Shown piece after piece: positions 1 through 9,097 of a stretch of DNA of 64,000 nucleotides; the stretch's first letter is position 1, and every line of letters begins with the position of its first letter. A program made the translations under genes and the position numbers. The notes under the pieces were generated by a model. It ran no database searches and was not told where the DNA came from. It worked only from the letters and a program-made list of their open reading frames with translations. Source of the stretch: Flavobacterium sp. (lineage in GTDB: Bacteria; Bacteroidota; Bacteroidia; Flavobacteriales; Flavobacteriaceae); contig NZ_JANMXZ010000048.1 of assembly GCF_031381455.1 (NCBI RefSeq), forward strand, positions 16,972 through 80,971, in the 5' to 3' direction.

Positions 1-347
1 AAATTTCCCAAAGGCTGCAAACAAGATTCAATAATATCGTAATTTGAGAGTTCCTTTTTTTGATATAATTGCCAAGCCATTTCATAATTAGAAATCGCTT
101 TATTTGTAAATCCCAATTGGTTTTCATAGTAGGCTTTGTTGCATTTTAAGATGACAAATGCCAACCATTCTGACTTTGATTTTGGGCTAAATGTTTTTTC
201 TGAAACTTCTAATTTATGTAAACTTTCAACAGTTGGATTTGCCACAAAAGCATCAACCGAATTATAGATTTTATCCTCTAAAGCGCTTGGTTTACTTTGG
301 GAAAACACGAATGAAGTGAATAGGAAAAGAAGGATTATTTTTTGCAT
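1..347 (-). CDS. hypothetical secreted protein, N-terminal ~115 codons only (continues past window start)
   Basis: Own minus-strand translation from ATG (complement of 345-347): MQKIILLFLFTSFVFSQSKPSALEDK..., signal-peptide-like, open to position 1. It lies 3 nt downstream of the preceding minus-strand gene. Confidence 0.5.
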   Translation of the reverse strand, partial: MQKIILLFLFTSFVFSQSKPSALEDKIYNSVDAFVANPTVESLHKLEVSEKTFSPKSKSEWLAFVILKCNKAYYENQLGFTNKAISNYEMAWQLYQKKELSNYDIIESCLQPLGN

Positions 348-350
348 AAA

Positions 351-2363
351 TTAAAACTTCCAAATCGCGTAAAACTGCCAGTAATTAAAATCTGTTTCAA
401 AGTTGAGATAATAGCGGATTCCAAAACTCGGACCAATTCGTGCAAAGCCAAAAGTAGCATCGGCAAAAATACTTGTTTGCATTTTTTCAAAGGCGTTGGT
501 AGTATTTTTTTGCGAATTACTCGTTCTCATTGATTCTATTTCTTCACCGGGCGAAGGTGGAGTTGTTGTGAAAATTGGCGCATAAATTTTTCGCGTTCGG
601 TTCAGTTCATCGGTTTGACTAAGCAGTACAGAAAATTGTGGGCCAACGCCAAGACCAATATAATTGTTGATGTTGTATCTCAAGGAAACAGGCACCACTT
701 CTACAATATTTTTGACGGTCTTTGAGTTTATAGATGTTTGCGTAAAACCCGTGTCATAAATTGTTCCGTTCATTAAAACGGGAGGATTAAACGGAACCTG
801 TTGAAAGTCCGATACACTCGAAAAATTACTTTCAAAATAGCTGTAATACAATTCGGATTGCCAATAAAAGCGATAGGATTTATACGGAGAAATGGTAGCA
901 CCAAGAAAATAACTCTTTGAATTTTCCTGGTCGGGAAACAAATTATAGCCTGTTCTGACACCAATAGAAATTCCCGGTTTGAATCGCGTTACAGCATAAT
1001 TGGTAATCACAGGTTCATTTTTATCAAATATAATGGCGGTTTTACTTCGCGTTGTTTGCTTGTGAAAATCCTTGGCAAATTTCATCGTATATTTTACAAA
1101 TCCTTTGGTACTGTCTTTTTCCTTTACATTTTTTTGATTGCTTCCCGGAACGTAAATATTTTTAAAGACAAAATGAATTTGGTTTTTCTTAATAATCGTG
1201 TCCAAACAGCTATAATTTACTTCTTCGCCTTTGGGACAAATGGAACACTTGGGATACGAGTCTACAATTTGTAATGTTTTTTTATCAAACATGTCCGGAA
1301 TATCCGTTTCCAACCGAATCATTCTGGCCGGACCTTCGCCATCGTTTTGAAAACGGGTTTTAAAATTCAGGTTTTTAAATCGTACCAAACGATAATTCAT
1401 CGATGTGCCATTACTCGACATTTTATTTGGGTCATGAGAGGTTACGATTTCCATTTCGAGGGTTTTCTTTTTGTGGTTTTTGTAACTTCTGTCGGGGACA
1501 TAAATGCTTCGTATTTTAACAATGGCGCTGGTGTCTTTTACCATTTCCTTAGTGGTCTTGAAAGTAAAGAACATGTTTCGAGTTTGTTTGGCTTCCATGT
1601 TGTCAAACTCAAAAACCTTTACATCCGAAAAGAGCATTTTGCTTTCGGCTAAACTGAGTTCTAAATTCTCTTCGTCTTTTGAAAACGAATTCCTAAACGA
1701 AGGATAATAATCTGATGAAGCTACATTCTGATTGGAATTATTAAAATCATCTACGCATGCAATTCCGGTTTCATTTATTTCTTTTTCCCCGAAATGTGTT
1801 CTTGTTTCCAGCAGTTCGAAATTTTTGTTTTTGAATTCCTTGTCATTATAAAAAAGATATAATTTGCCATTGGTGGTGTAATCTAAAAGATTTTGATAGC
1901 TGATGGCTAGCACCATTTCTTCTTCAGGAACGGGATCTCTATTTGTGAAAAGATTAAAACCATCCAATGTTTCTATAGATGCTATTTCATCATATTTTGT
2001 TTCGGTAATTTCAGTTACAGCAACTGTTTTTGGTCGGGTTTTTGGAGGTTTTCCGTTATCGTAATTATTGGTTACGGCTAAGTTGATTTTGTATTCGCCT
2101 GGTTTTTTATAGACTTTTTTTGGAGTTACTTCTTTGCTAAAACTTCCGTCACCCATTTCCCAGAAATAACTAAAACTTGCTTTTGGTGCTCCGGCAACCT
2201 GAATTAAAGGCGGAACTTCGGGTTTAAAAATAACCTGATTTCCTTTTTTATCATAATTGATAGTGGCTTTTCGGGTTATGGTGTCTTTTACTTTTGTTTG
2301 CCCTTCAACAAATTTGGGATAAAAGAAAAGTAAAACGAATAATAGTATTTTTAATTTCTTCAT
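351..2363 (-). CDS. PKD-domain protein with C-terminal outer-membrane beta-barrel-like region
   Basis: 672-aa ORF with signal peptide MKKLKILLFVLLFF and a PKD-like FSYFWEMGDGSFS...YKINLAVTN segment. The C-terminus has alternating aromatic/polar strands ending YAIWKF. Confidence 0.65.
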   Translation of the reverse strand: MKKLKILLFVLLFFYPKFVEGQTKVKDTITRKATINYDKKGNQVIFKPEVPPLIQVAGAPKASFSYFWEMGDGSFSKEVTPKKVYKKPGEYKINLAVTNNYDNGKPPKTRPKTVAVTEITETKYDEIASIETLDGFNLFTNRDPVPEEEMVLAISYQNLLDYTTNGKLYLFYNDKEFKNKNFELLETRTHFGEKEINETGIACVDDFNNSNQNVASSDYYPSFRNSFSKDEENLELSLAESKMLFSDVKVFEFDNMEAKQTRNMFFTFKTTKEMVKDTSAIVKIRSIYVPDRSYKNHKKKTLEMEIVTSHDPNKMSSNGTSMNYRLVRFKNLNFKTRFQNDGEGPARMIRLETDIPDMFDKKTLQIVDSYPKCSICPKGEEVNYSCLDTIIKKNQIHFVFKNIYVPGSNQKNVKEKDSTKGFVKYTMKFAKDFHKQTTRSKTAIIFDKNEPVITNYAVTRFKPGISIGVRTGYNLFPDQENSKSYFLGATISPYKSYRFYWQSELYYSYFESNFSSVSDFQQVPFNPPVLMNGTIYDTGFTQTSINSKTVKNIVEVVPVSLRYNINNYIGLGVGPQFSVLLSQTDELNRTRKIYAPIFTTTPPSPGEEIESMRTSNSQKNTTNAFEKMQTSIFADATFGFARIGPSFGIRYYLNFETDFNYWQFYAIWKF

Positions 2364-2392
2364 GGTCAAAAGGTTTAAGATCTATAAAAATA

Positions 2393-2425
2393 GGAAAAAG
2401 TGGTGAACTAGTCACCACTTTTTCC
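2393..2425 (-). terminator. intrinsic terminator-like palindrome between two minus-strand genes
   Basis: ggaaaaagtggtga/tcaccactttttcc forms a 14-bp stem with a 5-nt loop. A T-rich tract follows on the minus strand. Confidence 0.5.
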
Positions 2426-2448
2426 AAAGGAATTTACCTTGCTTCGAT

Positions 2449-3432
2449 TTAAGGCAAACCGTTTATCGCTGCTATCAGTTGTGCTTCGGTTCCAACAGTA
2501 GTTTCGGCATTAGAGAAAACATAAACATCTCCGGCTGCAATGGTAACTGCTTTGATGGCATATCTGAAGTTTCCATTATCTTCTGTTACAAAAATTACAT
2601 GTGCCACTAATCCTACTGGTATTTGTCCGTAATGTTCAGAGAACTGATTGGTTCCGGCATTGTAAGTATCGAGTTTAGCTAAGGCACTTCCTTCACCATC
2701 GTAGTGTAAATAAATCGCACTGTTTTCAAAATCATAACCAGTTGGAGCTTCAGCAAGTATGGTAGTTTTTGGTCTTGGATCCGAATAGAATCTATCCACA
2801 TTAGTCCAACCAAAATCATTTAAGAAAGCATAGTAAGCAGCACTGGCACCTTGTCCTTCGCCAAATACACCTTGTCCTCCGGCAGGATTTTGATCTCGCT
2901 GATCCCAGTCTAAATTTCCATCTTCATCAATGGTTCCATCCCAAAGTGACATTCCGGTTTCAAGTCCACCAGTTAAATCAGCCGGAATTTTCAATTGCAT
3001 TGGACAAGTAATTTCCAATTGTTGACCGTTTTGAGTAGCGTTTATATAAAATTCACCACCAGAAATAATCAAAGCCATATCGCCGTTTGGTTTTCTACCC
3101 ATAGTAGGTTTATCGGTTACCAACATTGTTCCTTTGTCAAAGACTTCGGCGTATTCAATAGCTACCTGACCTGCTGTAACTGGGTGTCCATTTAAGGTTA
3201 AGCAGTCACCGTTGATGGTTAATTCTACTCCTTTTGCGGATGTAAAAGTTACAGAGCCACCTCCTGCGTTAAGAGTAAACTGTTGTGTAACATTTTCTAG
3301 AGCGGTTTGTTTAAGATTGCTAAACTCTAATGCAGTTGGAATTTGATTTCCATCTGGAGTGTCGGTTGAACAGCTTGCAATGGCTAATGAGGCGAAAAGG
3401 GATAATGCGGTGTTTTTAAAATTTGTGTTCAT
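2449..3432 (-). CDS. lipoprotein, function unknown
   Basis: 327-aa ORF with signal peptide plus lipobox (LAIASCS). I recognised no catalytic motif. Confidence 0.6.
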   Translation of the reverse strand: MNTNFKNTALSLFASLAIASCSTDTPDGNQIPTALEFSNLKQTALENVTQQFTLNAGGGSVTFTSAKGVELTINGDCLTLNGHPVTAGQVAIEYAEVFDKGTMLVTDKPTMGRKPNGDMALIISGGEFYINATQNGQQLEITCPMQLKIPADLTGGLETGMSLWDGTIDEDGNLDWDQRDQNPAGGQGVFGEGQGASAAYYAFLNDFGWTNVDRFYSDPRPKTTILAEAPTGYDFENSAIYLHYDGEGSALAKLDTYNAGTNQFSEHYGQIPVGLVAHVIFVTEDNGNFRYAIKAVTIAAGDVYVFSNAETTVGTEAQLIAAINGLP

Positions 3433-3464
3433 GATTTCTAAGTTTTTATATTTTATATTAATTA

Positions 3465-3908
3465 TTAAAAGAAAAATGCGGTTGGATTACTGATAACAGT
3501 TGTGGTTATTGTTCCATTATTTATAGTAATTGCTTCTACTGACCAAACATAATCACATAAGTAAGGAGGTCTACACGGACCGGTATAGATTCCGGCAACT
3601 GTAGTTTGGGTAATATTATCGACATCTTTTGTGACGATTGGTGGATTGGTTCTCATAGCTTCTGCGCTATTTTGACCTTGCATTAACTGCCATACTTTTA
3701 ATCTATAAATTACGGTTTGTGGTTTTGGCACAAGTGGTGTCCATCTAAAACTAATTGGTTGTGATGCTTCGTCTGCTGAAAATGATTTGCCATTCTCAGG
3801 CGCAACATTTTTTAGTGCTGCAGTTGTAGTTTGTGCTTCAGGAGTACAACTTGCTAAAGCGATTGTTGTTAAAAATAATAATGCGATGTTTTTAAATGTT
3901 GTTTTCAT
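3465..3908 (-). CDS. small lipoprotein, function unknown
   Basis: 147-aa ORF with signal peptide plus lipobox (IALASCT). It is the first gene of a minus-strand cluster divergent from an ECF sigma gene. Confidence 0.55.
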   Translation of the reverse strand: MKTTFKNIALLFLTTIALASCTPEAQTTTAALKNVAPENGKSFSADEASQPISFRWTPLVPKPQTVIYRLKVWQLMQGQNSAEAMRTNPPIVTKDVDNITQTTVAGIYTGPCRPPYLCDYVWSVEAITINNGTITTTVISNPTAFFF

Positions 3909-3951
3909 GATTTCTAGTGTTTTAATTGTTGTTAATTTTTGTTTTATATAG

Positions 3952-3982
3952 TTATATCAATTCGTGTTTTAATTTGTTACCC
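3952..3982. promoter_or_regulatory. 31-bp direct repeat copy A (TTATATCAA-N12-TTTGTTACCC)
   Basis: Same length and same conserved ends as 4042-4072. On the minus strand it reads GGGTAACAAA-N12-TTGATATAA and ends 43 nt upstream of the lipoprotein ATG. Confidence 0.35.
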
Positions 3983-4041
3983 ATGATTCTGATTTTTTTT
4001 AAAGAATCTTTTAAAACAGTATATTGATGAACTTTATATCC

Positions 4042-4072
4042 TTATATCAACACGATTAAAACTTTGTTACCC
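4042..4072. promoter_or_regulatory. 31-bp direct repeat copy B (TTATATCAA-N12-TTTGTTACCC)
   Basis: Second copy, 90 bp from copy A, inside the divergent sigma/lipoprotein intergenic region. Confidence 0.35.
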
Positions 4073-4149
4073 CAAATAGTTTTATTTTTTTAAATTAGCA
4101 GACTCGAGCCCGAAAGGGCGAACTGTACGAAGTAATAAATTAGGCACTC

Positions 4150-4728
4150 ATGACCGAAACAAAGTTGCATCCCGACCAACTATATATTGACGGATTAGTC
4201 CAAAACAATTCTGCAGTAATTCAATCTATCTATAAAAAGTTCGTGCCCAAAGTCAAAAACTACATCAGAACAAATAGTGGTGATGACGATGAAGCGCAGG
4301 ATGTAATTCAGGAAGTATTAATCACAATTTATAACCAAGCCAAAACCAACGGATTGCAACTTACCTGTCCGTTTGACGCCTATTTTTTTCTACTTTGTAA
4401 AAGAAGATGGCTCAATGAATTAAAAAAATCATCCAATAAAGAGGTAACATTAAAGGATGATAATGTATCTATAGATGAATCTGTTCAGGAAATGACATTC
4501 CAAACCGAAGTCTTTGACGAAAAACAATCATTGTTTGATGAGATGTTTCAAAAACTTGGTGAGAAATGCCAGGAAGTACTCAAACTTAGTTTTGTCACAA
4601 AAACTATGGAAGAAGTAGCCGAAAAACTGAATGTGACTTATGGTTATGTGCGCAAAAAGAAATCACTTTGTACTGGCCAGTTAACCGAAATGATACAGCA
4701 ATCACCCAGATTTCGATCTATAAACTAG
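4150..4728 (+). CDS. RNA polymerase sigma-70 family (ECF-type) sigma factor
   Basis: 192 aa with region-2-like DDEAQDVIQEVLITIY and a C-terminal HTH MEEVAEKLNVTYGYVRKKKS. A membrane partner gene follows 8 nt later. Confidence 0.8.
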   Translation: MTETKLHPDQLYIDGLVQNNSAVIQSIYKKFVPKVKNYIRTNSGDDDEAQDVIQEVLITIYNQAKTNGLQLTCPFDAYFFLLCKRRWLNELKKSSNKEVTLKDDNVSIDESVQEMTFQTEVFDEKQSLFDEMFQKLGEKCQEVLKLSFVTKTMEEVAEKLNVTYGYVRKKKSLCTGQLTEMIQQSPRFRSIN

Positions 4729-4735
4729 GAATACC

Positions 4736-5458
4736 ATGAACGAAGAACTATACATTGGCTTTGAAAGTTACCTCGCTAACGAAATGCCTACCGACGAAAA
4801 AATACTCTTTGAAGAAAAGCTACATAACGATGCTAAATTCAAACAGCAGTTTAATTTGTATAAAGGGACAACACAGTTATTATCACATAAATTTTCTGCC
4901 GAAACTATCAATTTCAAGAAAAATTTAGAAGCTATTTCTAAAGGACATTTCACAGAAACTATCAAAAACAAATCAAAAGTCATTGCATTTAAACCTTGGT
5001 TTTATGCTGTTGCAGCTTGTTTGGTTATCGGATTGGGAATTTTCACATTCACAAAAAATGACCCAAAATACAGCGAATACAATCAATATGAAACGGCTCA
5101 ATTTGTAGAAAGAGGTGACAACGATACCAATCTTAAAGAAGCGCAGGATTTCTTTAATGAGAAGCAATACCAAAATGCAATAACTTCTTTTGAGAAATTA
5201 CAACATATCAATAATCCTGAACTACTGTATTTTTATTCCATTTCTTTAATTGAAACCAACAACTATACAAAAGCAGAAACAATATTAAGCTCTTTAAAAA
5301 ATGGCAATTCCGTTTATAAAGACAAAGCGACGTGGTATTTGGCGTTGTCTAATTTGAAACAAAAGAAATTTGACGAATGCAAAGCCTACTTAAAACAAAT
5401 TCCGGTAGATGCAGAAGATTATACAAAAGCGCAAAAGCTATTAAAGGATTTGGATTAG
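4736..5458 (+). CDS. putative anti-sigma factor / TPR-like membrane protein
   Basis: 240 aa with a single TM (WFYAVAACLVIGLGIFTF) after a ~95-aa cytoplasmic N-domain and a TPR-like C-terminal half. The call rests mainly on its position after the ECF sigma gene. Confidence 0.5.
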   Translation: MNEELYIGFESYLANEMPTDEKILFEEKLHNDAKFKQQFNLYKGTTQLLSHKFSAETINFKKNLEAISKGHFTETIKNKSKVIAFKPWFYAVAACLVIGLGIFTFTKNDPKYSEYNQYETAQFVERGDNDTNLKEAQDFFNEKQYQNAITSFEKLQHINNPELLYFYSISLIETNNYTKAETILSSLKNGNSVYKDKATWYLALSNLKQKKFDECKAYLKQIPVDAEDYTKAQKLLKDLD

Positions 5459-5537
5459 AACTTAGTACCTTAGTCACTCAGACCCGAGCCATGTAATGGC
5501 GAACGGATATTTATATAAACTTAGCTACTTTTCACTA

Positions 5538-6305
5538 ATGATTTTAACCGACACACACACGCATCTTTATTCTGAAGAATTTGAAAGCGACAGAACCGAA
5601 ATGATTCAACGAGCCATTGATGACGGAGTTTCTCGCTTTTTCGTTCCGTCTATTGATTCCAGTTATACGCAAAAAATGTATGATTTAGAAGAGCAGTTTC
5701 CAGAGAATATTTTCTTGATGGTGGGTTTGCATCCAACGTATGTCAAAGAAAATTATTTGGAAGAATTGGCACATGTAGAAACGGAATTAACAAAAAGAAA
5801 GTTTTACGCTATTGGCGAAATTGGGATCGATTTGTTTTGGGATAAATCCTTTTTGAAACAACAGCAACACGCATTTCAACACCAAATTCAATTAGCCAAA
5901 AAATATAAATTAGGGATCAATATCCATTGTCGTGATGCCTTTGATGAAGTTTTCGAAGTTTTAGACAGCGAAAAAGCAACTAATTTATTTGGAATTTTTC
6001 ATTGTTTTACCGGCGATTTTGGTCAAGCCAAAAGAGCCATCGATTTGAATATGAAACTCGGAATTGGTGGTGTTGCAACATTTAAAAACGGAAAGATTGA
6101 CCAGTTTTTAAATGAAATCGATTTGAAACACATTGTTCTCGAAACCGATTCGCCTTATTTAGCTCCAGTTCCATTTCGTGGCAAACGAAACGAAAGCAGC
6201 TATACCAAATTGGTTGCCGAAAAATTAGCTTCTATATATGATTTGCAAATAGAAGAAATTGCCCGAATTACGACCGAAAATTCTAAACAAGTTTTTGGGA
6301 TTTAA
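5538..6305 (+). CDS. TatD family metal-dependent hydrolase
   Basis: MILTDTHTHLY start, IGEIGID, INIHCRDA and ETDSPYLAP motifs. I prefer the internal ATG at 5538 over the 5496 ORF start, which lies in repeat DNA. Confidence 0.85.
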   Translation: MILTDTHTHLYSEEFESDRTEMIQRAIDDGVSRFFVPSIDSSYTQKMYDLEEQFPENIFLMVGLHPTYVKENYLEELAHVETELTKRKFYAIGEIGIDLFWDKSFLKQQQHAFQHQIQLAKKYKLGINIHCRDAFDEVFEVLDSEKATNLFGIFHCFTGDFGQAKRAIDLNMKLGIGGVATFKNGKIDQFLNEIDLKHIVLETDSPYLAPVPFRGKRNESSYTKLVAEKLASIYDLQIEEIARITTENSKQVFGI

Positions 6306-6371
6306 GCCAAAAAATCTAACAAAAATTGACTTTTTTTTTGTTCATTTGTTCCTGCTAAATTGTAAGCCAAG

Positions 6372-7508
6372 ATGCAAAGATTTGATCCGATTCGACCGTT
6401 TTATGATGCCGAAGTCAATGAAGCCATTCAATCGGCTGTAAATCATCCGATGATGAAGGCGTTGATGAGCTTCACTTTCCCAGATGTGGAAGAAGAAGTT
6501 TGGAAAAATCAACTCAAAAAAACACATTCAATTCGTGATTTTCAATGTAATTTCATCTATCAATCCATTCAAAAAGTATTGGAAAAAAGCTCGGAAGGAT
6601 TATCTACTTCGGGTTTTGAAAAATTGCAGCCCAACACATCGTATCTTTTTATTTCCAATCACAGAGATATTATTTTAGACACTTCATTACTGAATGTTGC
6701 GCTATTTGATCACGGATTAGTGATGACAGCCTCAGCAATCGGAGATAATTTGGTTAAAAAATCATTTATAAAAACGCTATCAAAACTCAATAGAAATTTT
6801 TTAGTACAACGAGGTTTGTCCCCAAGGGAATTGTTGGAAAGTTCAAAATTGCTATCGGAATACATCGGACAATTATTGTTGCGTGAAAATCGTTCGGTTT
6901 GGATTGCGCAACGCGAAGGGCGAACAAAAGATGGTAACGATGCAACACATTCCGGCGTATTGAAAATGCTGGCAATGGGTTCAGATGAAGTTAATTTAAT
7001 TGACTATTTTAAGAAAATAAAAATTGTTCCTGTTTCGATTTCGTATGAATATGACCCAACCGATGCTTTGAAAATGCCCCAGTTAATTGCCGAAGCCAAT
7101 GACGAAATTTACATCAAGGAAAAAAATGAAGATTTTATTACACTGTTAAGCGGAATAATCGGTCAAAAGAAACACATTCACATTCATGTTGGCGATATTT
7201 TAGATGCCGAATTAGATAAAATTGAACAAGAATTTGATAACACAAATAAGCAAGTTCAGGCTTTGGCGCAGACTATTGACGACTCCATTTTGCAGAGCTA
7301 TAAACTTTGGCCAACGAATTATATAGCATATGATTTATTGAATAAATCCAATACCTATAGCCATTTCTATACAGAAAACGAAAAATCATTGTTTGAACGA
7401 AGACTGGAAATGAAGATTGACGTAAACAATCCGCAAATGGTAGAAAGTTTTTTAGCGATGTATGCCAATCCGGTGGTGAATAAATCAAAATATTTGAATG
7501 CAAACTAA
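6372..7508 (+). CDS. glycerol-3-phosphate/lysophospholipid acyltransferase family protein
   Basis: 378 aa with acyltransferase block FISNHRDIILDT and a WIAQREGRTKDG block. Confidence 0.7.
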   Translation: MQRFDPIRPFYDAEVNEAIQSAVNHPMMKALMSFTFPDVEEEVWKNQLKKTHSIRDFQCNFIYQSIQKVLEKSSEGLSTSGFEKLQPNTSYLFISNHRDIILDTSLLNVALFDHGLVMTASAIGDNLVKKSFIKTLSKLNRNFLVQRGLSPRELLESSKLLSEYIGQLLLRENRSVWIAQREGRTKDGNDATHSGVLKMLAMGSDEVNLIDYFKKIKIVPVSISYEYDPTDALKMPQLIAEANDEIYIKEKNEDFITLLSGIIGQKKHIHIHVGDILDAELDKIEQEFDNTNKQVQALAQTIDDSILQSYKLWPTNYIAYDLLNKSNTYSHFYTENEKSLFERRLEMKIDVNNPQMVESFLAMYANPVVNKSKYLNAN

Positions 7509-8526
7509 ACCCAACATACTTTTAATATACACCGGTGGAACTATTGGTATGATAAAAGATTTTGAAACGGGTGTTTTAAAAGCGTTCAACTTTAAAAAGC
7601 TATTGCAAAAAATTCCGGAACTCAAGCATTTGGATTGCGATATCGAAACGATTTCCTTTAAAAAACCTATTGATTCCTCGAATATAAATCCGGAAAAATG
7701 GATTGAAATTGCAGAAATCATTGAAAGCAACTACGCCAACTTTGATGGATTTGTGGTGCTTCACGGTTCGGATACGATGTCGTATTCTGCATCAGCCTTG
7801 AGTTTTATGCTAGAGAATTTGAATAAACCGGTTGTATTTACAGGTTCTCAATTGCCAATAGGAGATTTAAGAACCGATGCTAAAGAAAATCTGATTACGG
7901 CTATACAAATCGCCTCGTTGCAACAAAAAGGGAAATCCGTAATACATGAAGTCTGTTTGTATTTTGAATACAAATTATATCGCGGAAACCGAACAACAAA
8001 AATAAATGCGGAACATTTTAAAGCGTTTGCTTCGCCCAATTTTCAACAGTTAGCAGAATCAGGAGTTCATTTGAATGTTAATACCAATTTGGTTTTGCCA
8101 AAGCAATCGGCCAAAAAATTAGTAGTCCATAAAAAATTGGACAGTAATGTAGTGATTGTAAAAATGTTCCCGGGCATTAATGAATCTGTTTTATCGGCGA
8201 TTATTGAAATTCCAAATTTAAAAGGAATACTCCTTGAAACCTATGGTTCGGGTAACGCACCAACAGAAGAATGGTTTATTCAAACCTTGAAAAAAGCCAT
8301 AAAAAAAGGGTTGTACATCATCAATGTTACCCAATGTTCTGGTGGAAGTGTTAACATGGGGCAATATGAAACCAGTTCACAATTGAAGAAAATAGGAGTT
8401 ATTTCTGGAAAAGACATTACTACGGAAGCTGCCGTTACAAAACTGATGTACTTGTTGGGGCAAAATGTAGCTCCGGCTGTTTTTAAAACTATTTTTGAGA
8501 CCTCTCTTCGTGGCGAAATGCAGTAA
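7498..8526 (+). CDS. ansA: type I L-asparaginase
   Basis: LLIYTGGTIGM, VVLHGSDTM and GSGN motifs in 342 aa. It overlaps the upstream gene by 11 nt. Confidence 0.85.
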   Translation: MQTKPNILLIYTGGTIGMIKDFETGVLKAFNFKKLLQKIPELKHLDCDIETISFKKPIDSSNINPEKWIEIAEIIESNYANFDGFVVLHGSDTMSYSASALSFMLENLNKPVVFTGSQLPIGDLRTDAKENLITAIQIASLQQKGKSVIHEVCLYFEYKLYRGNRTTKINAEHFKAFASPNFQQLAESGVHLNVNTNLVLPKQSAKKLVVHKKLDSNVVIVKMFPGINESVLSAIIEIPNLKGILLETYGSGNAPTEEWFIQTLKKAIKKGLYIINVTQCSGGSVNMGQYETSSQLKKIGVISGKDITTEAAVTKLMYLLGQNVAPAVFKTIFETSLRGEMQ

Positions 8527-8583
8527 TAAATTATTAAACTAACTTTTTTTACTGAAAAAATTTGTTGTTCTTTGCATCCCAAT

Positions 8584-8668
8584 AGAAAGGTGGCCGAGTG
8601 GCTGAAGGCGCACGCTTGGAAAGCGTGTTTATGGTAACATAACGAGGGTTCGAATCCCTTCCTTTCTG
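8584..8668 (+). tRNA. tRNA-Ser (anticodon GGA), class II with long variable arm
   Basis: Hand-folded. Acceptor agaaagg/cctttct, D arm gcc..ggc, anticodon stem cacgc/gcgtg with loop ttGGAaa, variable arm ttatg-gtaa-cataa, T arm gaggg-ttcgaat-ccctt. CCA is not encoded. Confidence 0.9.
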
Positions 8669-8672
8669 CGAT

Positions 8673-8706
8673 AAAACCAAAGCGGTAGCTTTGGTTTTTT
8701 GTTTTT
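8673..8706 (+). terminator. intrinsic terminator after tRNA-Ser
   Basis: aaaaccaaagc-ggta-gctttggtttt followed by a T run. Confidence 0.7.
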
Positions 8707-8713
8707 CACAGCG

Positions 8714-8843
8714 CGTCGAAAGTTCACTTTCGTAAGCGATGAGGAAAACAAAAAGCCAGCCTTGCAAAGGCTAAGGTTTTATCGCACAAGATTCCCCAAA
8801 CGGGAACAGCGTAGCTAATCCCTTTTTACTATGAAACCTATCT
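8714..8843 (+). repeat. tandem structured repeat, unit 1 (130 nt)
   Basis: The first ~74 nt are identical to unit 2. It contains hairpins cgaaag-ttca-ctttcg and agcct-tgcaa-aggct, then ggga(8802-8805)...tccc(8819-8822) followed by ttttt. Confidence 0.8.
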
Positions 8844-8965
8844 CGTCGAAAGTTCACTTTCGTAAGCGATGAGGAAAACAAAAAGCCAGCCTTGCAAAGG
8901 CTAAGGTTTTATCGCCCAAGATTTCCCGCCAAGGGATCACCGCAGGTAATCCCTTTTACTATGAA
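8844..8965 (+). repeat. tandem structured repeat, unit 2 (122 nt)
   Basis: Same architecture as unit 1. The 3' hairpin ggga(8933-8936)...tccc(8950-8953)+tttt carries ACC/GGT where unit 1 has AGC/GCT. Confidence 0.8.
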
Positions 8966-9064
8966 AGGCGAAAGTTTACTTTCGTAAGCGCTCTGAAAAA
9001 CAAAAAGCTAGCCTTGCAAAGGCTAAGGTTTTATCGGCCAAGATTACTTTACTTGGGCTTTTTT
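8966..9064 (+). repeat. tandem structured repeat, unit 3 (diverged, 99 nt)
   Basis: It shares gcgaaagtttactttcgtaagcg...aaaaagctagccttgcaaaggctaaggttttatcg with units 1 and 2. It ends in a different hairpin, ccaag-attacttta-cttgg, plus tttttt. Confidence 0.7.
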
Positions 9065-9097
9065 AGCTAGACTAAAGTTAAATTTTCTTTCAAAAAG

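Noticed and set aside
5496-5537. N-terminal extensions proposed by the ORF track (also at 11101, 27445-28383, 36317-37174, 40958, 43024, 50025-52853, 52998, 57644 and 60345)
   Set aside because: These extensions start at non-ATG codons or lie in repeat or terminator DNA, and they precede obvious signal peptides or conserved N-termini. I chose the internal ATG starts.
8549-8767. 72-aa minus-strand ORF
   Set aside because: It runs antisense straight through the tRNA-Ser gene, its terminator and repeat unit 1. It has no coding-like composition and is an artefact of ORF calling.
8714-9064. Possible CRISPR array
   Set aside because: The units are 122-130 nt and contiguous. The variable parts are homologous to each other rather than unique spacers, and no cas genes are present in the window.
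8584-9066. Integrated mobile element or att-site scars at the 3' end of tRNA-Ser
   Set aside because: There is no integrase or other mobile genes. The repeats do not duplicate the tRNA 3' end; only a weak taatccctt versus gaatccctt resemblance exists.
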